Shown piece after piece: positions 1 through 11,700 of a stretch of 64,000 nucleotides of DNA. The DNA comes from Mobula hypostoma (taxonomy: Eukaryota): NCBI RefSeq assembly GCF_963921235.1, contig NC_086108.1, positions 3,782,001 to 3,846,000 on the forward strand. Reading direction: 5' to 3'. The position numbers and the translations under genes are program-made. The first letter of the stretch is position 1. Every line of letters starts with the position of its first letter. The notes below the pieces were generated by a model, which was not told the DNA's origin, did no database searches, and worked only from the letters and a program-made list of their open reading frames with translations.

Positions 1-82
1 TTCAGGAGGCCGATGGTTGTGGGGTAATAATTGTTCCTGAACCTGGCGGTGTGGGACCTGAGGCTCATTGTGGTGAGTGAAG

Positions 83-177
83 TTATCCACACTGGTTCAG
101 GAGCCTGATGGTTGTGGGGTAATAACTGTTCCTGAACCTGCTGGTGTGGGACCTGAGGCTCATTGTGGTGAGTGAAG
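83..177 (-). mobile_element. Representative monomer: putative fragment of the 3' end of a non-LTR retrotransposon (Rex1/Babar-like LINE), comprising the last ~25 codons of the RT ORF, its stop, and a short stretch of 3' UTR. Applies to every monomer.
   Basis: Minus strand 160..83 translates SLRSHTSRFRNSYYPTTIRLLNQCG*. This resembles the recalled C-terminal motif (R-Y-R-S-x-R-x-x-T-x-R-x-x-N-S-F-F-P-x-A-I-R-L-L-N) of fish and chondrichthyan Rex1/Babar-type RT proteins. Recognised from memory; no search run. Confidence 0.7.
87..149. repeat. Intra-monomer inverted repeat / hairpin (representative; present in most monomers)
   Basis: GGTTCAGGA (94-102) is the exact reverse complement of TCCTGAACC (130-138), with a 27-nt loop. 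Outer CCACAC (87-92) pairs with GTGTGG (144-149) across an asymmetric internal loop. Confidence 0.9.
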
Positions 178-2174
178 TTATCCACACTGGTTCAGGAGCC
201 TGATGGTTGTGGGGTAATAACTGTTCCTGAACCTGGTGGTGTGGGACCTGAGGCTCATTGTGGTGAGTGAAGTTATCCACACTGGTTCAGGAGCCTGATG
301 GTTGTGGGGTAATAACTGTTCCTGAACCTGGTGGTGTGGGACCTGAGGCTCATTGTGGTGAGTGAAGTTATCCACACTGGTTCAGGAGCCTGATGGTTGT
401 GGGGTAATAACTGTTCCTGAAGCTGGCGGTGTGGGACCTGAGGCTCATTGTGGTGGGTGAAGTTATCCACACTGGTTCAGGAGCCTCGATGGTTGTGGGG
501 TAATAACTGTTCCTGAACCTGGCTGGTGTGGGACCTGAGGCTCATTGTGGTGGGTGAAGTTATCCACACTGGTTCAGGAGCCTGATGGTTGTGGGGTAAT
601 AACTGTTCCTGAACCTGCTGGTGTGGGACCTGAGGCTCATTGTGGTGGGTGAAGTTATCCACACTGGTTCAGGAGCCTGATGGTTGTGGGGTAATAACTG
701 TTCCTGAACCTGCTGGTGTGGGACCTGAGGCTCATTGTGGTGGGTGAAGTTATCCACACTGGTTCAGGAGCCTGATGGTTGTGGGGTAATAACTGTTCCT
801 GAACCTGCTGGTGTGGGACCTGAGGCTCATTGTGGTGAGTGAAGTTATCCACACTGGTTCAGGAGCCTGATGGTTGTGGGGTAATAACTGTTCCTGAACC
901 TGCTGGTGTGGGACCTGAGGCTCATTGTGTGGATTGAAGTTATCCACACTGGTTCAGGAGCCTGATGGTTGTGGGGTAATAACTGTTCCTGAACCTGCTG
1001 GTGTGGGACCTGATGCTCATTGTGGGTAGTGAAGTTATCCACACTGGTTCAGGAGCCTGATGGTTGTGGGGTAATAACTGTTCCTGAACCTGCTGGTGTG
1101 GGACCTGAGGCTCATTGTGGTGAGTGAAGTTATCCACACTGGTTCAGGAGCCTGATGGTTGTGGGGTAATAACTGTTCCTGAACCTGGTGGTGTGGGACC
1201 TGAGGCTCATTGTGGTGAGTGAAGTTATCCACACTGGTTCAGGAGCCTGATGGCTGTGGGGTAATAACTGTTCCTGAACCTGGTGGTGTGGGACCTGAGG
1301 CTCATTGTGGTGAGTGAAGTTATCCACACTGGTTCAGGAGCCTGATGGTTGTGGGGTAATAACTGTTCCTGAACCTGGTGGTGTGGGACCTGAGGCTCAT
1401 TGTGGTGGGTGAAGTTATCCACACTGGTTCAGGAGCCTGATGGTTGTGGGGTAATAACTGTTCCTGAACCTGCTGGTGTGGGACATGAGGCTCATTGTGG
1501 TGAGTGAAGTTATCCACACTGGTTCAGGAGCCTGATGGTTGTGGGGTAATAACTGTTCCTGAACCTGCTGGTGTGGGACCTGAGGCTCATTGTGGGGATT
1601 GAAGTTATCCACACTGGTTCAGGAGCCTGACGGTTGTGGGGTAATAACTGTTCCTGAACCTGCTGGTGTGGGACCTGAGGCTCATTGTGGTGGGTGAAGT
1701 TATCCACACTGGTTCAGGAGCCTGATGGTTGTGGGGTAATAACTGTTCCTGAACCTGCTGGTGTGGGACCTGAGGCTCATTGTGGTGAGTGAAGTTATCC
1801 ACACTGGTTCAGGAACCTGATGGTTGTGGGGTAATAACTGTTCCTGAACCTGCTGGTGTGGGACCTGAGGCTCATTGTGGTGAGTGAAGTTATCCACACT
1901 GGTTCAGGAGCCTGATGGTTGTGGGGTAATAACTGTTCCTGAACCTGGTGGTGTGGGACCTGAGGCTCATTGTGGTGAGTGAAGTTATCCACACTGGTTC
2001 AGGAGCCTGATGGTTGTGGGGTAATAACTGTTCCTGAACCTGCTGGTGTGGGACCTGAGGCTCATTGTGGGTAGTGAAGTTATCCACACTGGTTCAGGAG
2101 CCTGATGGTTGTGGGGTAATAACTGTTCCTGAACCTGCTGGTGTGGGACCTGAGGCTCATTGTGGTGAGTGAAG

Positions 2175-2263
2175 TTATCCACACTGGTTCAGGAGCCTGA
2201 TGGTTGTGGGGTAATAACTGTTCCTGAACCTGGTGGTGTGGGACCTCATTGTGGTGAGTGAAG
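2175..2263. repeat. 89-bp variant monomer (6-bp deletion), first of about 50 copies
   Basis: GGGACCTGAGGCTCATT becomes GGGACCTCATT. Also at monomers starting 3986, 6194, 7993, 9222, 11021, 13176, 14975, 17866, 19854 and onward to 63773; these match the 63-aa ORFs in the track. Confidence 0.95.
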
Positions 2264-3118
2264 TTATCCACACTGGTTCAGGAGCCTGATGGTTGTGGGG
2301 TAATAACTGTTCCTGAACCTGGTGGTGTGGGACCTGAGGCTCATTGTGGTGAGTGAAGTTATCCACACTGGTTCAGGAGCCTGATGGTTGTGGGGTAATA
2401 ACTGTTCCTGAACCTGGTGGTGTGGGACCTGAGGCTCATTGTGGTGGGTGAAGTTATCCACACTGGTTCAGGAGCCTGATGGTTGTGGGGTAATAACTGT
2501 TCCTGAACCTGCTGGTGTGGGACCTGAGGCTCATTGTGGTGAGTGAAGTTATCCACACTGGTTCAGGAGCCTGATGGTTGTGGGGTAATAACTGTTCCTG
2601 AACCTGCTGGTGTGGGACCTGAGGCTCATTGTGGGGATTGAAGTTATCCACACTGGTTCAGGAGCCTGATGGTTGTGGGGTAATAACTGTTCCTGAACCT
2701 GCTGGTGTGGGACCTGAGGCTCATTGTGGTGAGTGAAGTTATCCACACTGGTTCAGGAGCCTGATGGTTGTGGGGTAATAACTGTTCCTGAACCTGCTGG
2801 TGTGGGACCTGAGGCTCATTGTGGTGAGTGAAGTTATCCACACTGGTTCAGGAGCCTGATGGTTGTGGGGTAATAACTGTTCCTGAACCTGGTGGTGTGG
2901 GACCTGAGGCTCATTGTGGTGAGTGAAGTTATCCACACTGGTTCAGGAGCCTGATGGTTGTGGGGTAATAACTGTTCCTGAACCTGGTGGTGTGGGACCT
3001 GAGGCTCATTGTGGTGAGTGAAGTTATCCACACTGGTTCAGGAGCCTGATGGTTGTGGGGTAATAACTGTTCCTGAAGCTGGCGGTGTGGGACCTGAGGC
3101 TCATTGTGGTGGGTGAAG

Positions 3119-3225
3119 TTATCCACACTGGTTCAGGAGCCCGATGGTTGTGGGGTAATAACTGGGGTAATAACTGTTCCTGAACCTGCTGGTGTGGGAC
3201 CTGAGGCTCATTGTGGTGGGTGAAG
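3119..3225. repeat. 107-bp variant monomer with a 12-bp internal tandem duplication
   Basis: TGGGGTAATAAC repeated at 3151-3162 and 3163-3174; seen only once in the window. Confidence 0.9.
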
Positions 3226-6200
3226 TTATCCACACTGGTTCAGGAGCCTGATGGTTGTGGGGTAATAACTGTTCCTGAACCTGCTGGTGTGGGACCTGAG
3301 GCTCATTGTGGTGGGTGAAGTTATCCACACTGGTTCAGGAGCCTGATGGTTGTGGGGTAATAACTGTTCCTGAACCTGCTGGTGTGGGACCTGAGGCTCA
3401 TTGTGGTGAGTGAAGTTATCCACACTGGTTCAGGAGCCTGATGGTTGTGGGGTAATAACTGTTCCTGAACCTGCTGGTGTGGGACCTGAGGCTCATTGTG
3501 GTGAGTGAAGTTATCCACACTGGTTCAGGAGCCTGATGGTTGTGGGGTAATAACTGTTCCTGAACCTGCTGGTGTGGGACCTGAGGCTCATTGTGGTGGG
3601 TGAAGTTATCCACACTGGTTCAGGAGCCTGATGGTTGTGGGGTAATAACTGTTCCTGAACCTGCTGGTGTGGGACCTGAGGCTCATTGTGGTGAGTGAAG
3701 TTATCCACACTGGTTCAGGAGCCTGATGGTTGTGGGGTAATAACTGTTCCTGAACCTGCTGGTGTGGGACCTGAGGCTCATTGTGGGGAGTGAAGTTATC
3801 CACACTGGTTCAGGAGCCTGATGGTTGTGGGGTAATAACTGTTCCTGAACCTGCTGGTGTGGGACCTGAGGCTCATTGTGGGTAGTGAAGTTATCCACAC
3901 TGGTTCAGGAGCCTGATGGTTGTGGGGTAATAACTGTTCCTGAACCTGCTGGTGTGGGACCTGAGTCTCATTGTGGTGAGTGAAGTTATCCACACTGGTT
4001 CAGGAGCCTGATGGTTGTGGGGTAATAACTGTTCCTGAACCTGGTGGTGTGGGACCTCATTGTGGTGAGTGAAGTTATCCACACTGGTTCAGGAGCCTGA
4101 TGGCTGTGGGGTAATAACTGTTCCTGAACCTGGTGGTGTGGGACCTGAGGCTCATTGTGGTGAGTGAAGTTATCCACACTGGTTCAGGAGCCTGATGGTT
4201 GTGGGGTAATAACTGTTCCTGAACCTGGTGGTGTGGGACCTGAGGCTCATTGTGGTGGGTGAAGTTATCCACACTGGTTCAGGAGCCTGATGGTTGTGGG
4301 GTAATAACTGTTCCTGAACCTGCTGGTGTGGGACCTGAGGCTCATTGTGGTGAGTGAAGTTATCCACACTGGTTCAGGAGCCTGATGGTTGTGGGGTAAT
4401 AACTGTTCCTGAACCTGCTGGTGTGGGACCTGAGGCTCATTGTGGGGAGTGAAGTTATCCACACTGGTTCAGGAGCCTGATGGTTGTGGGGTAATAACTG
4501 TTCCTGAACCTGCTGGTGTGGGACCTGAGGCTCATTGTGGTGAGTGAAGTTATCCACACTGGTTCAGGAGCCTGACGGTTGTGGGGTAATAACTGTTCCT
4601 GAACCTGGTGGTGTGGGACCTGAGGCTCATTGTGGTGAGTGAAGTTATCCACACTGGTTCAGGAGCCTGAGGTTGTGGGGTAATAACTGTTCCTGAACCT
4701 GTGGTGTGGGACCTGAGGCTCATTGTGGTGAGTGAAGTTATCCACACTGGTTCAGGAGCCTGATGGTTGTGGGGTAATAACTGTTCCTGAACCTGGTGGT
4801 GTGGGACCTGAGGCTCATTGTGGTGAGTGAAGTTATCCACACTGGTTCAGGAGCCTGATGGTTGTGGGGTAATAACTGTTCCTGAACCTGGTGGTGTGGG
4901 ACCTGAGGCTCATTGTGGTGAGTGAAGTTATCCACACTGGTTCAGGAGGCCGATGGTTGTGGGGTAATAATTGTTCCTGAAGCTGGCGGTGTGGGACCTG
5001 AGGCTCATTGTGTTAGGTGAAGTTATCCACACTGGTTCATGAGCCCGATGGTTGTGGGGTAATAACTGTTCCTGAAGCTGGCGGTGTGGGACCTGAGGCT
5101 CATTGTGGTGGGTGAAGTTATCCACACTGGTTCAGGAGCCCGATGGTTGTGGGGTAATAACTGTTCCTGAACCTGCTGGTGTGGGACCTGAGGCTCATTG
5201 TGGTGGGTGAAGTTATCCACACTGGTTCAGGAGCCTGATGGTTGTGGGGTAATAACTGTTCCTGAACCTGCTTGTGTGGGACCTGAGGCTCATTGTGGTG
5301 GGTGAAGTTATCCACACTGGTTCAGGAGCCTGATGGTTGTGGGGTAATAACTGTTCCTGAACCTGCTGGTGTGGGACCTGAGGCTCATTGTGGTGAGTGA
5401 AGTTATCCACACTGGTGTTCAGGAGCCTCATAACTGTTCCTGAACCTGCTGGTGTGGGACCTGAGGCTCATTGTGGGAGTGAAGTTATCCACACTGGTTC
5501 AGGAGCCTGATGGTTGTGGGGTAATAACTGTTCCTGAACCTGTGGTGTGGGACCTCTCATTGTGGGAGTGAAGATCCACACTGGTTGCCTGGGTGCCTGA
5601 CCTGAGGCTCATGGTGAGTGAAGTTATCCACACTGGTTCAGCAGCCTGATGGTTGTGGGGTAATAACTGTTCCTGAACCTGCTGGTGCGGGACCTGAGGC
5701 TCATTGTGGTGAGTGAAGTTATCCACACTGGTTCAGGAGCCTGATGGTTGTGGGGTAATAACTGTTCCTGAACCTGCTGGTGTGGGACCTGAGGCTCATT
5801 GTGGGGAGTGAAGTTATCCACACTGGTTCAGGAGCCTGATGGTTGTGGGGTAATAACTGTTCCTGAACCTGGTGGTGTGGGACCTGAGGCTCATTGTGGT
5901 GAGTGAAGTTATCCACACTGGTTCAGGAGCCTGATGGTTGTGGGGTAATAACTGTTCCTGAACCTGCTGGTGTGGGACCTGAGGCTCATTGTGGTGAGTG
6001 AAGTTATCCACACTGGATAAGGAGCCTGATGGTTGTGGGGTAATAACTGTTCCTGAACCTGCTGGTGTGGGACCTGAGGCTCATTGTGGGGAATGAAGTT
6101 ATCCACACTGGCTCAGGAGCCTGATGGTTGTGGGGTAATAACTGTTCCTGAACCTGCTGGTGTGGGACCTGAGGCTCATTGTGGTGAGTGAAGTTATCCA

Positions 6201-8746
6201 CACTGGTTCAGGAGCCTGATGGTTGTGGGGTAATAACTGTTCCTGAACCTGGTGGTGTGGGACCTCATTGTGGTGAGTGAAGTTATCCACACTGGTTCAG
6301 GAGCCTGATGGCTGTGGGGTAATAACTGTTCCTGAACCTGTTGGTGTGGGACCTGAGGCTCGTTGTGGTGAGTGAAGTTATCCACACTGGTTCAGGAGCC
6401 TGATGGTTGTGGGGTAATAACTGTTCCTGAACCTGGTGGTGTGGGACCTGAGGCTCATTGTGGTGGGTGAAGTTATCCACACTGGTTCAGGAGCCTGATG
6501 GTTGTGGGGTAATAACTGTTCCTGAACCTGCTGGTGTGGGACCTGAGGCTCATTGTGGTGAGTGAAGTTATCCACACTGGTTCAGGAGCCTGATGGTTGT
6601 GGGGTAATAACTGTTTCTGAACCTGCTGGTGCGGGACCTGAGGCTCATTGTGGGGAGTGAAGTTATCCACACTGGTTCAGGAGCCTGATGGTTGTGGGGT
6701 AATAACTGTTCCTGAACCTGCTGGTGTGGGACCTGAGGCTCATTGTGGGGAGTGAAGTTATCCACACTGGTTCAGGAGCCTGATGGTTGTGGGGTAATAA
6801 CTGTTCCTGAACCTGCTGGTGTGGGACCTGAGGCTCATTGTGGGGAGTGAAGTTATCCACACTGGTTCAGGAGCCTGTTGGTTGTGGGGTAATAACTGTT
6901 CCTGAACCTGCTGGTGTGGGACCTGAGGCTCATTGTGGGGAGTGAAGTTATCCACACTGGTTTAGGAGCCTGATGGTTGTGGGGTAATGACTGTTCCTGA
7001 ACCTGGTGGTGTGGGACCTGAGGCTCATTGTAGTGAGTGAAGTTATCCACACTGGTTCAGGAGCCTGACGGTTGTGGGGTAATAACTGTTCCTGAACCTG
7101 GTGGTGTGGGACCTGAGGCTCATTGTGGTGAGTGAAGTTATCCACACTGGTTCAGGAGCCTGACGGTTGTGGGGTAATAACTGTTCCTGAACCTGGTGGT
7201 GTGGGACCTGAGGCTCATTCTGGTGAGTGAAGTTATCCACACTGGTTCAGGAGGCCGATGGTTGTGGGGTAATAATTGTTCCTGAAGCTGGCGGTGTGGG
7301 ACCTGAGGCTCATTGTGGTGGGTGAAGTTATCCACACTGGTTCAGGAGCCCGATGGTTGTGGGGTAATAACTGTTCCTGAAGCTGGCGGTGTGGGACCTG
7401 AGGCTCATTGTGGTGGGTGAAGTTATCCACACTGGTTCAGGAGCCCGATGGTTGTGGGGTAATAACTGTTCCTGAACCTGCTGGTGTGGGACCTGAGGCT
7501 CATTGTGGTGGGTGAAGTTATCCACACTGGTTCAGGAGCCTGATGGTTGTGGGGTAATAACTGTTCCTGAACCTGCTGGTGTGGGACCTGAGGCTCATTG
7601 TGGTGGGTGAAGTTATCCACACTGGTTCAGGAGCCTGATGGTTGTGGGGTAATAACTGTTCCTGAACCTGCTGGTGTGGGACCTGAGGCTCATTGTGGTG
7701 AGTGAAGTTATCCACACTGGTTCAGGAGCCTGATGGTTGTGGGGTAATAACTGTTCCTGAACCTGCTGGTGTGGGACCTGAGGCTCATTGTGGGGATTGA
7801 AGTTATCCACACTGGTTCAGGAGCCTGATGGTTGTGGGGTAATAACAGTTCCTGAACCTGCTGGTGTGGGACCTGAGGCTCATTGTGGGTCGTGAAGTTA
7901 TCCACACTGGTTCAGAAGCCTGATGGTTGTGGGGTAATAACTGTTCCTGAACCTGCTGGTGTGGGACCTGAGTCTCATTGTGGTGAGTGAAGTTATCCAC
8001 ACTGGTTCAGGAGCCTGATGGTTGTGGGGTAATAACTGTTCCTGAACCTGGTGGTGTGGGACCTCATTGTGGTGAGTGAAGTTATCCACACTGGTTCAGG
8101 AGCCTAATGGCTGTGGGGTAATAACTGTTCCTGAACCTGGTGGTGTGGGACCTGAGGTTCATTGTGGTGAGTGAAGTTATCCACACTGGTTCAGGAGCCT
8201 GATGGTTGTGGGGTAATAACTGTTCCTGAACCTGCTGGTGTGGGACCTGAGGCTCATTGTGGTGGGTGAAGTTATCCACACTGGTTCAGGAGCCTGATGG
8301 TTGTGGGGTAATAACTGTTCCTGAACCTGCTGGTGTGGGACCTGAGGCTCATTGTGGTGAGTGAAGTTATCCACACTGGTTCAGGAGCCTGATGGTTGTG
8401 GGGTAATAACTGATCCTGAACCTGCTGGTGTGGGACCTGAGGCTCATTGTGGGGATTGAAGTTATCCACACTGGTTCAGGAGCCTGACGGTTGTGGGGTA
8501 ATAACTGTTCCTGAACCTGCTGGTGTGGGACCTGAGGCTCATTGTGGTGAGTGAAGTTATCCACACTGGTTCAGGAGCCTGACGGTTGTTGGGTAATAAC
8601 TGTTCCTGAACCTGCTGGTGTGGGACCAGAGGCTCATTGTGGTGAGTGAAGTTATCCACACTGGTTCATGAGCCTGATGGTTGTGGGGTAATAACTGTTC
8701 CTTAACCTGGTGGTGTGGGACCTGAGGCTCATTGTGGTGAGTGAAG

Positions 8747-11700
8747 TTATCCACACTGGTTCAGGAGCCTGATGGTTGTGGGGTAATAACTGTTCCTGAA
8801 CCTGCTGGTGTGGGACCTGAGGCTCATTGTGGTGGGTGAAGTTATCCACACTGGTTCAGGAGCCTGATGGTTGTGGGGTAATAACTGTTCCTGAACCTGC
8901 TGGTGTGGGACCTGAGGCTCATTGTGGTGAGTGAAGTTATCCACACTGGTTCAGGAGCCTGATGGTTGTGGGGTAATAACTGTTCCTGAACCTGGTGGTG
9001 TGGGACCTGAGGCTCATTGTGGTGAGTGAAGTTATCCACACTGGTTCAGGAGCCTGATGGTTGTGGGGTAATAACTGTTCCTGAACCTGCTGGTGTGGGA
9101 CCTGAGGCTCATTGTGGGTAGTGAAGTTATCCACACTGGTTCAGGAGCCTGATGGTTGTGGGGTAATAACTGTTCCTGAACCTGCTGGTGTGGGACCTGA
9201 GTCTCATTGTGGTGAGTGAAGTTATCCACACTGGTTCAGGAGCCTGATGGTTGTGGGGTAATAACTGTTCCTGAACCTGGTGGTGTGGGACCTCATTGTG
9301 GTGAGTGAAGTTATCCACACTGGTTCAGGAGCCTGATGGCTGTGGGGTAATAACTGTTCCTGAACCTGGTGGTGTGGGACCTGAGGCTCATTGTGGTGAG
9401 TGAAGTTATCCACACTGGTTCAGGAGCCTGATGGTTGTGGGGTAATAACTGTTCCTGAACTTGGTGGTGTGGGACCTGAGGCTCATTGTGGTGGGTGAAG
9501 TTATCCACACTGGTTCAGGAGCCTGATGGTTGTGGGGTAATAACTGTTCCTGAACCTGCTGGTGTGGGACCTGAGGCTCATTGTGGTGAGTGAAGTTATC
9601 CACACTGGTTCAGGAGCCTGATGGTTGTGGGGTAATAACTGTTCCTGAACCTGCTTGTGTGGGACCTGAGGCTCATTGTGGGGATTGAAGTTATCCACAC
9701 TGGTTCAGGAGCCTGACGGTTGTGGGGTAATAACTGTTCCTGAACCTGCTGGTGTGGGACCTGAGGCTCATTATGGTGAGTGAAGTTATCCACACTGGTT
9801 CAGGAGCCTGACGGTTGTGGGCTAATAACTGTTCCTGAACCTGCTGGTGTGGGACCTGAGGCTCATTGTGGTGAGTGAAGTTATCCACACTGGTTCAGGA
9901 GCCTGATGGTTGTGGGGTAATAACTGTTCCTGAACCTGGTGGTGTGGGACCTGAGGCTCATTGTGGTGAGTGAAGTTATCCACACTGGTTCAGGAGCCTG
10001 ATGGTTGTGGGGTAATAACTGTTCCTGAAGCTGGCGGTGTGGGACCTGAGGCTCATTGTGGTGGGTGAAGTTATCCACACTGGTTCATGAGCCCGATGGT
10101 TGTGGGGCAATAACTGTTCCTGAAGCTGGCGGTGTGGGACCTGAGGCTCATTGTGGTGGGTGAAGTTATCCACACTGGTTCAGGAGCCCGATGGTTGTGG
10201 GGTAATAACTGTTCCTGAACCTGGTGGTGTGGGACCTGAGGCTCATTGTGGTGGGTGATGTTATCCACACTGGTTCAGGAGCCTGATGGTTGTGGGGTAA
10301 TAACTGTTCCTGAACCTGGTGGTGTGGGACCTGAGGCTCATTGTGGTGGGTGAAGTTATCCACACTGGTTCAGGAGGCCGATAGTTGTGGGGTAATAATT
10401 GTTCCTGAAGCTGGCGGTGTGGGAACTGAGGCTCATTGTGGTGGGTGAAGTTATCCACACTGGTTCAGGAGCCCGATGGTTGTGGGGTAATAACTGTTCC
10501 TGAAGCTGGCGGTGTGGGACCTGAGGCTCATTGTGGTGGGTGAAGTTATCCACACTGGTTCAGGAGCCCGATGGTTGTGGGGTAATAACTGTTGCTGAAC
10601 CTGCTGGTGTGGGACCTGATGCTCATTGTGGTGGGTGAAGTTATCCACACTGGTTCAGGAGCCTGATGGTTGTGGGGTAATAACTGTTCCTGAACCTGCT
10701 GGTGTGGGACCTGAGGCTCATTGTGGTTGGTGAAGTTATCCACACTGGTTCAGGAGCCTGATGGTTGTGGGGTAATAACTGTTCCTGAACCTGCTGGTGT
10801 GGGACCTGAGGCTCATTGTGCTGAGTGAAGTTATCCACACTGGTTCAGGAGCCTGATGGTTGTGGGGTAATAACTGTTCCTGAACCTGCTGGTGTGGGAC
10901 CTGAGGCTCATTGTGGGGAGTGAAGTTATCCACACTGGTTCAGGAGCCTGATGGTTGTGGGGTAATAACTGTTCCTGAACCTGCTGGTGTGGGACCTGAG
11001 TCTCATTGTGGTGAGTGAAGTTATCCACACTGGTTCAGGAGCCTGATGGTTGTGGGGTAATAACTGTTCCTGAACCTGGTGGTGTGGGACCTCATTGTGG
11101 TGAGTGAAGTTATCCACACTGGTTCAGGAGCCTGATGGCTGTGGGGTAATAACTGTTCCTGAACCTGGTGGTGTGGGACCTGAGGCTCATTGTGGTGAGT
11201 GAAGTTATCCACACTGGTTCAGGAGCCTGATGGTTGTGGGGTAATAACTGTTCCTGAACCTGGTGGTGTGGGACCTGAGGCTCATTGTGGTGGGTGAAGT
11301 TATCCACACTGGTTCAGGAGCCTGATGGTTGTGGGGTAATAACTGTTCCTAAACCTGCTGGTGTGGAACCTGAGGCTCATTGTGGTGAGTGAAGTTATCC
11401 ACACTGGTTCAGGAGCCTGATGGTTGTGGGGTAATAACTGTTCCTGAACCTGCTGGTGTGGGACCTGAGGCTCATTGTGGGGAGTGAAGTTATCCACACT
11501 GGTTCAGGAGCCTGATGGTTGTGGGGTAATAACTGTTCCTGAACCTGCTGGTGTGGGACCTGAGGCTCATTGTGGGGAGTGAAGTTATCCACACTGGTTC
11601 AGGAGCCTGATGGTTGTGGGGTAATAACTGTTCCTGAACCTGGTGGTGTGGGACCAGAGGCTCATTGTGGTGAGTGAAGTTATCCACACTGGTTCAGGAG

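Noticed and set aside
83..91. Perfect DnaA box TTATCCACA in nearly every monomer, suggesting a bacterial origin or iteron array
   Set aside because: No bacterial genes, AT-rich unwinding element or rep gene; the 9-mer overlaps the putative LINE stop codon region; a 64-kb CpG-depleted satellite fits a eukaryote. Most likely one chance match amplified with the monomer.
140..147. Chi-like octamers (GCTGGTGT, CCTGGTGG, GCTGGCGG)
   Set aside because: Each has a mismatch to E. coli Chi GCTGGTGG, and Chi is not relevant in the inferred host.
167..173. Consensus splice donor G|GTGAGT in many monomers
   Set aside because: No polypyrimidine tract or acceptor and no exon context; the site is freely polymorphic (GTGGGT, GGGAGT).
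104..177. Hammerhead ribozyme as in newt or schistosome satellites (CTGATGG resembles CUGAUGA)
   Set aside because: The core reads CUGAUGG rather than CUGANGA, the consensus has no GAAA, and I could not build stems I-III on either strand. An Infernal/Rfam scan would settle it.
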